This document shows, piece by piece, positions 15,692 through 23,773 of a stretch of DNA of 25,578 nucleotides. Positions within the stretch are counted from its first letter, which is position 1, and each line of letters starts with the position of its first letter. The translations under genes and the position numbers were made by a program. Under the pieces are notes generated by a model, which was given only the letters and a program-made list of their open reading frames with translations, did not search any database and was not told the origin of the DNA. Source of the stretch: a virus. The DNA is taken from the IMG/VR virus record IMGVR_UViG_3300040758_000113; one strand, given 5' to 3'.

Positions 15692-16530
15692 CGGGACTTA
15701 TCAATGTCAAAGCGGCTATAGACTCCTTCCAAGCGGAACGGCTATTGGTCGGAGCTTACATCTTGGAGCATATCGAAGGGGTGGTCACCAAAATTGCCTA
15801 CCAGTCCAACGGGGACGCCATTTCCTACGAGGACATGTATTCCGACCTCGCTGCCGAGGTTGACAAGCTGCCTAAGCTCAAATTGGAATTGTCGGTCCCT
15901 CCGGGCGGTGAGTCCCAATACAGCATCCAGCTTACCATGGCGATGGAGACGGTCGCCGACGACTGCGACCGGGTATCCCATAAGGTGAGCAAGTTCGAGA
16001 GCAAGATTCGAGAAGCACAGGGCAAGCTCAAGCGGCTGCATGGGGAGTTTGGGGCATGGTACTCTCTTGCCGCCAGCAAGCTCATGGAAGAAGAAGCATA
16101 CATCCGCCTGAATGCCGCACAGGTCAAACAGCTTGCCGACGCTGAGTTTTCCCGTTTGACTAACGACCTTGATGTCACCATGGAGAGCCTCATCAACACC
16201 GTGAAGTCTCTCCGGGGGGAAATCAAAGAGCATAAGCGCACGCAGGCCGACAAGTACAACATGGGGAAAGACCAAGTGAATGCCAGTTGGACTTCCCACA
16301 TGCCACTATTCAACGGCAGCGGCGAAATCACGACGGACACCCCCGGCAAGCTGTTGGGCGAACACAACCCCCAGCTTGAAGAGGCACTAGCCCCGGAGGA
16401 TTTTGTTCCCGAGGAACCGCCGCCTGAAAAAGAGTGGGCATTTAAGAAGACCGGAGACGCCCGTCCCATACACCTGATTACCGATGACGAGCGGCTCCCA
16501 CCTTCGGATGAGGAGGATGAACGAGTATGA
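15688..16530 (+). CDS. coiled-coil hypothetical protein (280 aa) with acidic C-terminal tail
   Basis: ATGA overlap with the upstream stop. Long heptad-like stretches (KFESKIREAQGKLKRLHGEF…). C-terminus PSDEEDERV. Confidence 0.6.
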   Translation: MTGLINVKAAIDSFQAERLLVGAYILEHIEGVVTKIAYQSNGDAISYEDMYSDLAAEVDKLPKLKLELSVPPGGESQYSIQLTMAMETVADDCDRVSHKVSKFESKIREAQGKLKRLHGEFGAWYSLAASKLMEEEAYIRLNAAQVKQLADAEFSRLTNDLDVTMESLINTVKSLRGEIKEHKRTQADKYNMGKDQVNASWTSHMPLFNGSGEITTDTPGKLLGEHNPQLEEALAPEDFVPEEPPPEKEWAFKKTGDARPIHLITDDERLPPSDEEDERV

Positions 16531-16730
16531 AGCCGGGCTGGTGCCGATTCTTTCTTGTGCTTCTCACCCCGCTATGGATAGGGGGAGGGGTGGGGATGTT
16601 TCTTATCTACCACCTCCCACTGAGGTGGTTTTGGGTTGCTCCCATCGTCGTGTTCATTGGGTTTCTTATCTCGTGGCTAATCTTGGTCTACGAAAAGTGG
16701 AAGAGGATAAATGGTAACACTGGAAGTTGA
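16527..16730 (+). CDS. small membrane protein (two predicted TM helices)
   Basis: FFLVLLTPLWIGGGVGMFLIY and WFWVAPIVVFIGFLISWLILVY. ATGA overlap. GGAGGA ribosome-binding site. Confidence 0.45.
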   Translation: MKPGWCRFFLVLLTPLWIGGGVGMFLIYHLPLRWFWVAPIVVFIGFLISWLILVYEKWKRINGNTGS

Positions 16731-17169
16731 CCCCCAATTTCATGGACCCACGATTGCCGAGATAGCCTCTACATTAGCCGACATCAAGGAAGACCCAGTG
16801 CGGGTTCGGTGGGGAGGCACCAAGACGGAAATCAAACTTCTGGAGAGCAGTGACCGGGCTTTCATTGTGGTCGTTCCCAGTCTCGTGGAGATGAGCACGG
16901 TTGCCTTTATCTTTGGAACCCCCCTTCAACTGGGAGATAAGATTCTTGCCGAAGGCAAGGACGCTCTTATCAATAAGAAAACCTATAATTGGAAAAGGTT
17001 TACCGGGGATAATGGTCCCACGGTCACTAAAAGCATAGTAGTCAAACTGGCGGCAAACGCCGTCCGGCAGGGGCTTCGTCCCAAGCTGGCGAGAGTTGCC
17101 TCCGATGCTCTGCTTGGAAAAGTAAATGCTACCGATGCTGACATTCTGATACGCACTGCCTATGCCTAA
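16711..17169 (+). CDS. hypothetical protein (152 aa)
   Basis: GAGGATAA precedes the ATG. Clean ORF. Confidence 0.55.
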   Translation: MVTLEVDPQFHGPTIAEIASTLADIKEDPVRVRWGGTKTEIKLLESSDRAFIVVVPSLVEMSTVAFIFGTPLQLGDKILAEGKDALINKKTYNWKRFTGDNGPTVTKSIVVKLAANAVRQGLRPKLARVASDALLGKVNATDADILIRTAYA

Positions 17170-17932
17170 AATACCCCCAATTCCCGCTGTTCGTTGGTCT
17201 GAGCAAGACATTGTCGCCGCCCTTCTTAAGCGGCATCCAGCCCCGGAGTGGGCCTTCTTCCCGCAGTTAAGGAATGGCACCGGGTTCGCTCAGTTGCCCC
17301 TCACCGCCGCCGCCGTAGCGATGAACTGCTACCCCAGCCGGGGGTTGGAAGTGCATGGCTTCGAGGTTAAGACCAGCCGCAACGATTTTCTCAATGAACT
17401 CAAGAACCCTGACAAGGCTGAGTCTATTGCCAAGTACTGTGACCGCTGGTGGTTGGTATTGTCCGACCCCACCATAGTCAAGACCGGGGAGCTTCCATCG
17501 ACATGGGGGCAACTCTCCATGCATGGTGGGGTTCTGCGTGTTGACGCCCCGGCATTGCCTCTAACCCCCGTTCCCCTTGACCGGCTGTTTGTAGCCTCAC
17601 TCCTCCGTAACCAAGCCTACTGCCCGGATGAAGAAGCCAAGAAACAGTACGCAGAGGGGGTGGAGTATGGGAAGAAGTGCGTGGGCGGCGATTACAAGCG
17701 TCTCAGGGGGGAAGTAGACAAGTTCGAGGCTGTCTCGGGGGTCAAGATTGCTGACCGCTGGAGCCTTGGTAATGTAGCGTTGGCGGTCAAAGCACTGACA
17801 GAGATGGAGTACGAGGTCAAACACATTGCCCCCGCCGCCAAATATGCACGGGAGATAGCCGATGCTCTTGACCTGATGCTCAAGAACGCCGGACTGACCG
17901 CTTTAGCCACGGAGCTAAAAGAAAAGAGTTAA
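17162..17932 (+). CDS. PD-(D/E)xK nuclease-like protein (MmcB/DUF1052-like pattern)
   Basis: EWAFFPQL…AAAVAMN…GLEVHGFEVKTSRNDFLNEL…YCDRWWLVL fits a D…E-x-K restriction-endonuclease-like core. The family assignment is from memory only. Confidence 0.5.
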   Translation: MPKIPPIPAVRWSEQDIVAALLKRHPAPEWAFFPQLRNGTGFAQLPLTAAAVAMNCYPSRGLEVHGFEVKTSRNDFLNELKNPDKAESIAKYCDRWWLVLSDPTIVKTGELPSTWGQLSMHGGVLRVDAPALPLTPVPLDRLFVASLLRNQAYCPDEEAKKQYAEGVEYGKKCVGGDYKRLRGEVDKFEAVSGVKIADRWSLGNVALAVKALTEMEYEVKHIAPAAKYAREIADALDLMLKNAGLTALATELKEKS

Positions 17933-17960
17933 AGTTCAGTAATATTCTTAGGGGGCTAAT

Positions 17961-18302
17961 ATGGCAGTTACCAAGCTTGATGTTTACAAAGAAGAGAAGC
18001 AGGTTGCGGAACCCGAGGTTCTAGCGGGTCAGCAAAACACCCATCTGGCGTTTCCCAAGGCCGGTCCCGACATGGAGTCGGAGGTTCGTGACCGCATACT
18101 GACCGCCATCCGGGCAGCAAATTTTCTGGTGTTGGCACAGCGGGTTCGAGCAGACCAAGACATCATCTATTCCGGCATTGCTGGTATAGCCGATGGAGCG
18201 GCGGCGGGAATCATCCGCATATTCAACTTTGAGCCGGGGTTCGTTAACCTGCGCAAGCCCCCCGTCAGCGATAATCTGCCGGGCAGAATCATCAACATCT
18301 AA
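17961..18302 (+). CDS. hypothetical protein (113 aa)
   Basis: GGGGGCTAAT precedes the ATG. Confidence 0.5.
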   Translation: MAVTKLDVYKEEKQVAEPEVLAGQQNTHLAFPKAGPDMESEVRDRILTAIRAANFLVLAQRVRADQDIIYSGIAGIADGAAAGIIRIFNFEPGFVNLRKPPVSDNLPGRIINI

Positions 18303-18868
18303 TGGGTAAACTGGCAGAATTCGGAAACATCCTGTACTCCCCGCTGCGGTTTATGTTTGGCACCGTGCCGGACTACATTCTCAGCCGCCGTGTTCAGAAT
18401 TGGCATACCTCCATGAAGGGCTGGAAGGGGGATGAAGTCCGGGTTATCGTAATGTGCGAATCCCGCCTCTGGCATTGGGCATTTGCCGACTGGCTGTGGG
18501 GTTGGCAACAGTGGCTCTGTCATTGGCTCGGTGAGGTTCCCCTACCCAAGTTTATCACCAACATTCAAGGAAGTTATGATGAGGACGACAAAGAGCACCC
18601 CTGCACCTTCGGAGAGTGGTTCGGAGATGATGTGGGGAGCCTCTGGCATCTGTACATCTGTGAGCCGGTCTTTCAGGCGATATGGAAACACTTCGTCGGT
18701 GAGCGGGTGGTAGATTTAGAGCTTACGCTAGAAGAAGCTCGCCAGAAGTTTGCTCATGACCCCAGTCAATATGAGTGGGTGGAAAAAGAGATTGCACGGC
18801 ATGAGAAGTGGGATGCGGAAGAGCTTAGTCGGACCACTGACCCGGCGTCAGTGCAACCGCAGCAGTAG
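18302..18868 (+). CDS. Trp-rich hypothetical protein (188 aa)
   Basis: TAATG overlap with the upstream stop. Unusual W-rich segment WHWAFADWLWGWQQWLCHWLG. Confidence 0.55.
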   Translation: MGKLAEFGNILYSPLRFMFGTVPDYILSRRVQNWHTSMKGWKGDEVRVIVMCESRLWHWAFADWLWGWQQWLCHWLGEVPLPKFITNIQGSYDEDDKEHPCTFGEWFGDDVGSLWHLYICEPVFQAIWKHFVGERVVDLELTLEEARQKFAHDPSQYEWVEKEIARHEKWDAEELSRTTDPASVQPQQ

Positions 18869-18927
18869 AGCAGGGCGAGGGTGCCCCCGGAGGGCGTCGG
18901 CTTGTATCTCAACAGGAGGGTACCATC

Positions 18928-19404
18928 GTGTCTGAAATCACTTTAGTAAGTAAGAATGACCAAATCAGTTTCGAGTATTTGAAGGGCATGACTGACCGTA
19001 TGGAAATGGCGTTTTATTCCTACGGGGATTACAAGAACAACTACCGGGGACGTTACAGCCGGGCATTCCTTAAAGACCTGAATGATACCATCGGGGCCTT
19101 GATGGGGCGGTGGAAAGACGATAAGGGCACTACAGCGAACGCCAACGCCATCCTCTCAGGATTCAAACGCCTGCTTCTTTATACAGCAGGGGGAGAAACC
19201 CGTGGAGGAATCGTCAAACCGGGAAACCGGGAGTATGTGTTGGATTACGGTAACTTCGTCGGTATCGAGTATGCTTTCCCCCAAGTTCCCAAAGCATGGT
19301 TTGAGGCGGGGGACTCTTCTACTTCCCCCGGCTTACATGGAGAGGGAGAGGGGGAAGTAAGCGTAGCCGCCGATGCCCTGTACCGTGGAAAAAGTGGTGA
19401 CTGA
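18928..19404 (+). CDS. hypothetical protein (158 aa)
   Basis: GTG start, with GGAGGG 8 nt upstream. Confidence 0.55.
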   Translation: MSEITLVSKNDQISFEYLKGMTDRMEMAFYSYGDYKNNYRGRYSRAFLKDLNDTIGALMGRWKDDKGTTANANAILSGFKRLLLYTAGGETRGGIVKPGNREYVLDYGNFVGIEYAFPQVPKAWFEAGDSSTSPGLHGEGEGEVSVAADALYRGKSGD

Positions 19405-19427
19405 CGGATTGGACAGAGGTTGATAGG

Positions 19428-19619
19428 GTGCAGGTCCCGAAGGAATATGGAGAGTTCTTCGGGCTTGCAACCTTACGCAGATACAACTACCTGCTGATTA
19501 TCGCCCGGTTTGCCAAATGTGATGTGGTGGTGGGGCAACAGTACTTAGACGCTTGGAAAGACGTTGACGCCATCGAATACGCTATTGCTCACGCCAAACC
19601 GGAAAATTCTTCAGAATAG
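19428..19619 (+). CDS. small hypothetical protein (63 aa)
   Basis: Short ORF with a GTG start and a weak ribosome-binding site. Confidence 0.3.
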   Translation: MQVPKEYGEFFGLATLRRYNYLLIIARFAKCDVVVGQQYLDAWKDVDAIEYAIAHAKPENSSE

Positions 19620-19669
19620 AGTAATAACCCTTATGATTACCGTATCGGTCGATATCAGAGAAGCGGTGA

Positions 19670-20368
19670 TTAGGTGCTTGAATAAAGGAGACATTTTCTA
19701 CGATGTCCCCCATAGGAAGAACGAGTCACTCCCGTAAATATCCGGCTACAATGGTCACAGGTAAAGTTATATGTTTTGGTAGCTAAGGTATGAGACATCT
19801 TGTTCCTTTGTTTTTCACCCCACCTATGCCCAAAGTTAGGATTGTTTTCTCCTTTAATGGTTTGGCTTAGGCTTATAGCTTGTCGTTTGTGGGCTTCTGG
19901 GGAGAGGGAATCCTTGCCCTTTTTTGCTTTAGATATATTTTGTCTATGCTCATAAGTTTTAGGTATACCCCTTAGACGCAAAGATTGTGCTAATTTTTCT
20001 TTTTCCGTGTATGGACGGTGTTTTTTACTTTTCATCTTAGCTATTGTTTCGGGGGTGTGGTGCCAACCTCGCCTTACATTCCCGGTTCCTTTTTCGCTCA
20101 AATTGTAGTTGAACATCCATGTCGCCTGAATCCAATAGGTTTCTCGTTCCCTCATCCCTTGTTCTGGACATGGTTCGATTACCTCAAAAGAAAAGGCTTG
20201 TTCTCCATGCTTATTCCAAGAGTTTTGTAATTTTTGGTTTCCATGTGTATTATGTCTCAGTTGTTTAAGGTGAGTTCTCCATCGACAGGGGATGTTTTTA
20301 GAACTTCCAATGTAAAACACCCCCGTGACAGTATTAACTATACGATAGATTCCACAACGAGTTGTCAT
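19670..20368 (-). CDS. GIY-YIG homing endonuclease with NUMOD3-like repeats and C-terminal Cys/His cluster
   Basis: GIYRIVNTVTGVFYIGSS…R…H…ETYWIQ is the GIY-YIG core. Downstream basic repeats (SPEAHKRQAISLS…ENNPNFGHRWGEK). AT-rich. Minus strand, divergent from the + strand 20371 gene. Confidence 0.85.
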   Translation of the reverse strand: MTTRCGIYRIVNTVTGVFYIGSSKNIPCRWRTHLKQLRHNTHGNQKLQNSWNKHGEQAFSFEVIEPCPEQGMRERETYWIQATWMFNYNLSEKGTGNVRRGWHHTPETIAKMKSKKHRPYTEKEKLAQSLRLRGIPKTYEHRQNISKAKKGKDSLSPEAHKRQAISLSQTIKGENNPNFGHRWGEKQRNKMSHTLATKTYNFTCDHCSRIFTGVTRSSYGGHRRKCLLYSST

Positions 20369-20370
20369 AT

Positions 20371-21375
20371 ATGAGAATCGAAAAGTCGGAATATGTGAAA
20401 ATCAATTTTGTTTGGTCAACAGATTGGCATCTTAGCGCCATTCCGCCCGGACAACGTGGCGATGACTATGAATCGGTCATTTTGGAGAAGCTTGATTTCA
20501 TCCGGGACTTGACCGAAAAGGTTAAGGGTTTCGCACTCTGTGGTGGGGATGTATTCCACGTGAAAAAGGCCCACCACCCTGCTAACAGTCTGTCTCTCCT
20601 TGTGCGGACGCTGCGGACATTGCGGAAGTTCCCCATGGGCCGGGTGTATGGGGCGGTGGGCAATCACGACTTGGCATGGGGCGAGCGGATGGATTCGCTC
20701 TCGGGTCAGCCCCTCGGCCTTCTTATCGCTTCCGGGGCCTATGCGGACCTGACCGAAGAGTGCCTGATGGTGAGTTCGCAGTTTGCTTCCTTGAAGGTAC
20801 AGGTACAGTCCTTTCCCTATGACCACGGTCAGGAGACGCTGCATAGGATAAAGGCTTCCCACAGACATGGGGATGCCAACTACTTTGTGGGCATCGTTCA
20901 TGCCTATGGTCAGCCGGGCGGACCCAGCGATTACTTTGGTGAACGGGTCATCGGCTACGACGAACTTGCTGGCTCAGACTTTGATTTTTTGCTTTGGGGT
21001 CATGACCACGGGCGGCAGGAAACCAAGAAGGTGGGTAACACCACCCATGTGCATTTGGGGAGTCTCGCACGAGCGGCATTAGACAGCGACCAAGCGGAGC
21101 GCCCCGTGTCTGTAGCCGTGCTGTCATTCTCCGAGCAGGGACCGAAGTACAAGGAAATCGCCCTGCCCGTAAAGCCATTGGCGGAGGCGTTCGTTACTGC
21201 CGACCGGGAAGTCCGTCATATCGACAAGTCGGAGGAAGTCAAACAGTTCTTGACGCAGATGGAAGTAGCCGTGGGTGGTGTGGAAACATCCGACCCCGGC
21301 GAGGTTCTCAGGGAGCTTTGCCCCAAGGAAGATATCCGGTTGCTAATGCTGGTAAAGGAGCTATGCGGCCTATGA
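20371..21375 (+). CDS. Mre11/SbcD-like calcineurin-type phosphoesterase (nuclease)
   Basis: Metallophosphoesterase motifs in order: STDWHL, GGDVFHV, VGNHDL, VHAYG, WGHDHG. Start set at ATG 20371. The track start at 20362 is a TTG that would overlap the start codon of the minus-strand GIY-YIG gene. Confidence 0.78.
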   Translation: MRIEKSEYVKINFVWSTDWHLSAIPPGQRGDDYESVILEKLDFIRDLTEKVKGFALCGGDVFHVKKAHHPANSLSLLVRTLRTLRKFPMGRVYGAVGNHDLAWGERMDSLSGQPLGLLIASGAYADLTEECLMVSSQFASLKVQVQSFPYDHGQETLHRIKASHRHGDANYFVGIVHAYGQPGGPSDYFGERVIGYDELAGSDFDFLLWGHDHGRQETKKVGNTTHVHLGSLARAALDSDQAERPVSVAVLSFSEQGPKYKEIALPVKPLAEAFVTADREVRHIDKSEEVKQFLTQMEVAVGGVETSDPGEVLRELCPKEDIRLLMLVKELCGL

Positions 21376-21572
21376 AAATCAGCATCTACTCGTGGTTCGG
21401 TGAAGAAGACTTGGTGCTTCCCTACAAGCATAACGAGGTCATTGAAGTAGCCGAGGAACAACTGTGGAATATCGTCAAGGGTTTTTACATGAAGGGACTC
21501 TCGGTGATGGTCCGCAGCCTCAACAAGCTCACGCTGGTAGCGGTATCACGGGATACTTTCGGGCAAAGGTAG
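21363..21572 (+). CDS. small hypothetical protein (69 aa)
   Basis: AAGGAG 5 nt before ATG 21363. Overlaps the SbcD-like stop. Short and uncertain. Confidence 0.3.
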   Translation: MRPMKISIYSWFGEEDLVLPYKHNEVIEVAEEQLWNIVKGFYMKGLSVMVRSLNKLTLVAVSRDTFGQR

Positions 21573-21583
21573 AAGGAGACTAT

Positions 21584-22072
21584 TTGATAAACATCTATCT
21601 ATCGGGCGGCATTAAGGGGTTAACTGACGAGCAAGCTTACGGCTGGCGAAAGGCCGTCATTAAGCACTATCAACTTGCCACAGGGGGCTTTGGGCACAGC
21701 GGTATGGCCCCGGAGGAGCTTCAAGCCTCCAGCAAATGCCTTCACTACGGAGTGAATATCATTGTCCCCAGCCGTATGCAATATCGAGATGATGTTGACC
21801 TCAAGTCCGCTTCTCTTTGGGTAATCAAACGGGATAAGATTTCCATTACTCAGTCGGATATCGTCCTCACTTACTGTCCTGTGCCAAGCTGGGGCACGGC
21901 AATGGAAATCATGTACGCTCACGAATTGGACAAGTGGATTGTTGTCATCTGCGATGATGACAATCCAAGTCCTTGGCTGGTCGCTCACGCTGATGTCATC
22001 GTGCCCGGCCTTGACCTTGCTTATGACGAAATAGATAAGATAGCAAAGGATATGAGGAGCCAAATGCCATGA
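21584..22072 (+). CDS. nucleoside 2-deoxyribosyltransferase-like protein (NDT/Rcl-DNPH1/DUF4406 superfamily), probable TTG start
   Basis: INIYLSGGI…IIVPS…ITQSDIVLTYCPVPSWGTAMEIMYAHELDKWIVVI fits the NDT-fold pattern: N-terminal hydrophobic-YLAG, then a late D…VL..Y.P…G…E core. AAGGAG at 21573-21578 sits 5 nt before an in-frame TTG at 21584, and the domain begins right there. The track ATG 21464 start gives an N-terminal extension that overlaps another frame. Confidence 0.6.
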   Translation: MINIYLSGGIKGLTDEQAYGWRKAVIKHYQLATGGFGHSGMAPEELQASSKCLHYGVNIIVPSRMQYRDDVDLKSASLWVIKRDKISITQSDIVLTYCPVPSWGTAMEIMYAHELDKWIVVICDDDNPSPWLVAHADVIVPGLDLAYDEIDKIAKDMRSQMP

Positions 22073-22392
22073 ACAGCGAAAAAATCATGAAGGTAGTCTC
22101 CGCTGTCTTGATAATTCTCACTCTCTTGCTTGTCATGGTGACGTACCAATACAGCGAGTACGCCGGGCAGTGCGAGCAGGCGGCTGAACACGCCGAGCTT
22201 ATCTACCTCCGGGCGTGGAAGAATGCTCATCCTGATACCATTAAGGTGGAGACACAGGGCGAGTGCATACAGGATGCGTTTAAGATGCTGCGTCCATTCC
22301 TGATGCCGCCTTTTGGCAATGCGATGCCGCAGCTTCCCACTATCCCACCGCCCGAGGATGCGAGACCGAAGAAAGGTACGAACATAGCGTGA
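22069..22392 (+). CDS. small membrane-anchored protein (N-terminal TM helix)
   Basis: ATGA overlap. GAGGAG ribosome-binding site. VVSAVLIILTLLLVMV. Confidence 0.5.
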   Translation: MNSEKIMKVVSAVLIILTLLLVMVTYQYSEYAGQCEQAAEHAELIYLRAWKNAHPDTIKVETQGECIQDAFKMLRPFLMPPFGNAMPQLPTIPPPEDARPKKGTNIA

Positions 22393-23006
22393 TAATCCTT
22401 AACGGACAACCGAATCTATGGGTCACCGCCGACTGGCACTTGGGATACCGGTACTTTATCACCACCAAGAAGCGGCCCTTCTCCAGCGTGGAGGAAATGA
22501 ACGAGGCGTACATCGCCAACCACAACGCTGTAGTTAAGAAGGGGGACCTTGTCTACGTTCTCGGGGACCTCTACCTCCAGATGAAACTGGAGCAGTGCGT
22601 GGAAATCCAGAAACGACTCAACGGCAACTTCTACGTCATACAGGGAAACCACGACGGTATTGCTGTTCAGATGATGAAGAAACACAACTCTTTTGTCTGG
22701 ATACGCCAGCTTGAGGAAATCAAAATTGGTCAGCCATGGTTTGATGACAAGAGCAAGAAGATGGTTACGCTCTGCCACTATGCCATGCGCACGTGGAGAA
22801 ATTCTTGCTATAACAGCTATCATCTTTATGGGCATTCTCATGGAATGCTCCCTGATGAGCCGCACCTTCTCTCTATGGATGTAGGAGTTGATTGCAATAA
22901 CTTCTACCCTGTTTCTATCGAACAAGTTATACAGAGAATGGAGTCCAAGATGCCTACTAGGTTGGAATACTTAGAGAGTTTAAAGAGTTCTGGACGGGTG
23001 GAATAG
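22389..23006 (+). CDS. metallophosphoesterase (calcineurin-like, small single-domain)
   Basis: GTG start overlapping the upstream stop (GTGA). Motifs TADWHLGY, LGDLY, QGNHDG, GHSHG. Confidence 0.72.
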   Translation: MIILNGQPNLWVTADWHLGYRYFITTKKRPFSSVEEMNEAYIANHNAVVKKGDLVYVLGDLYLQMKLEQCVEIQKRLNGNFYVIQGNHDGIAVQMMKKHNSFVWIRQLEEIKIGQPWFDDKSKKMVTLCHYAMRTWRNSCYNSYHLYGHSHGMLPDEPHLLSMDVGVDCNNFYPVSIEQVIQRMESKMPTRLEYLESLKSSGRVE

Positions 23007-23670
23007 GCTTACCCGATTTCAACCGCCTCATTAGTTTAGGACGTGTTATGTTAAGGTCCTTGGCTGCAAGAGAAATAGACCCATAATTCTTTCCGTTTAT
23101 CGTTATCGGTATTGACCTTGGGTGAAGGAATCCAGACTTGAATGAGGTAACGGTTGGTTTTCCGTACAGATGGTGGTTTTTGCCACGGGCATACTTTCGG
23201 TTACCAATTTTCTTACAAGTTTCTTCAGTGTGGTGTTTCCCGTAGAACGGGTTGTTTTTGCCTGTTATACAAGGCCGTGGTCCACACAGGTGAGCACGAT
23301 GCTCAAGAGATTTAGGAATTCCCTTGAGAACCTCGCTCATATGCTTACGGCGCTCAGCACTGAACGGTGCCCGTGATGTGGGACCACCATCACCACCGGG
23401 TGTTATGTTGTATCCATTTCCCCGTGTGTGGTTTTCAGCTATCAATGAGATTTCCAGCTCAATGGCTTCAGATTTGTCGGGGGTACGTACAATAGGCTCA
23501 ATCCTAAAGGCATCTTTGCCATGTTTCCTTATGGCATTAGCCAGTTTGGTGGTTGCCCCACGGTTTGTATACTTTATATGATTCCACCATCGTTCCTTCA
23601 AGGAAAGTTTTGTGTAGCCGATGTACAATTTTCCATTCTCAAGGCAAGTGATTTTGTAAACGGTGAACAT
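22957..23670 (-). CDS. GIY-YIG homing endonuclease with NUMOD3-like repeats
   Basis: FTVYKITCLENGKLYIGYT…R..NH…E…ISL is the GIY-YIG core. Repeated G-K-x-H-S/T-x-E-x-R-x-K-x-S units. Minus strand. The 3' end overlaps the 3' end of the 22389 gene convergently by about 50 nt. Confidence 0.85.
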   Translation of the reverse strand: MFTVYKITCLENGKLYIGYTKLSLKERWWNHIKYTNRGATTKLANAIRKHGKDAFRIEPIVRTPDKSEAIELEISLIAENHTRGNGYNITPGGDGGPTSRAPFSAERRKHMSEVLKGIPKSLEHRAHLCGPRPCITGKNNPFYGKHHTEETCKKIGNRKYARGKNHHLYGKPTVTSFKSGFLHPRSIPITINGKNYGSISLAAKDLNITRPKLMRRLKSGKPIPPVQNSLNSLSIPT

Positions 23671-23773
23671 AGCTCCCCCTACATAAGAAATAGAAAGTTA
23701 AGTTATTCGGTCATTGTCATTTGTTACTCTAGAAAGCTCAAAAATTTGAGTAATAAGAGGATGAGGAGGGCAG

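Noticed and set aside
15742-16469. Two long minus-strand ORFs (185 and 214 aa) antisense to the coiled-coil gene
   Set aside because: They overlap each other and the + strand gene, which fits the uniform + strand, translationally coupled operon structure. They have no ribosome-binding site and their products are Ser/Gly-rich low-complexity.
21464-21583. ATG-initiated N-terminal extension of the NDT-like gene (track ORF 21464-22072)
   Set aside because: The extension overlaps the 21363-21572 frame. The NDT-fold domain begins at residue 41 of that ORF, exactly at a TTG with an AAGGAG ribosome-binding site 5 nt upstream. The shorter TTG-initiated product is preferred.
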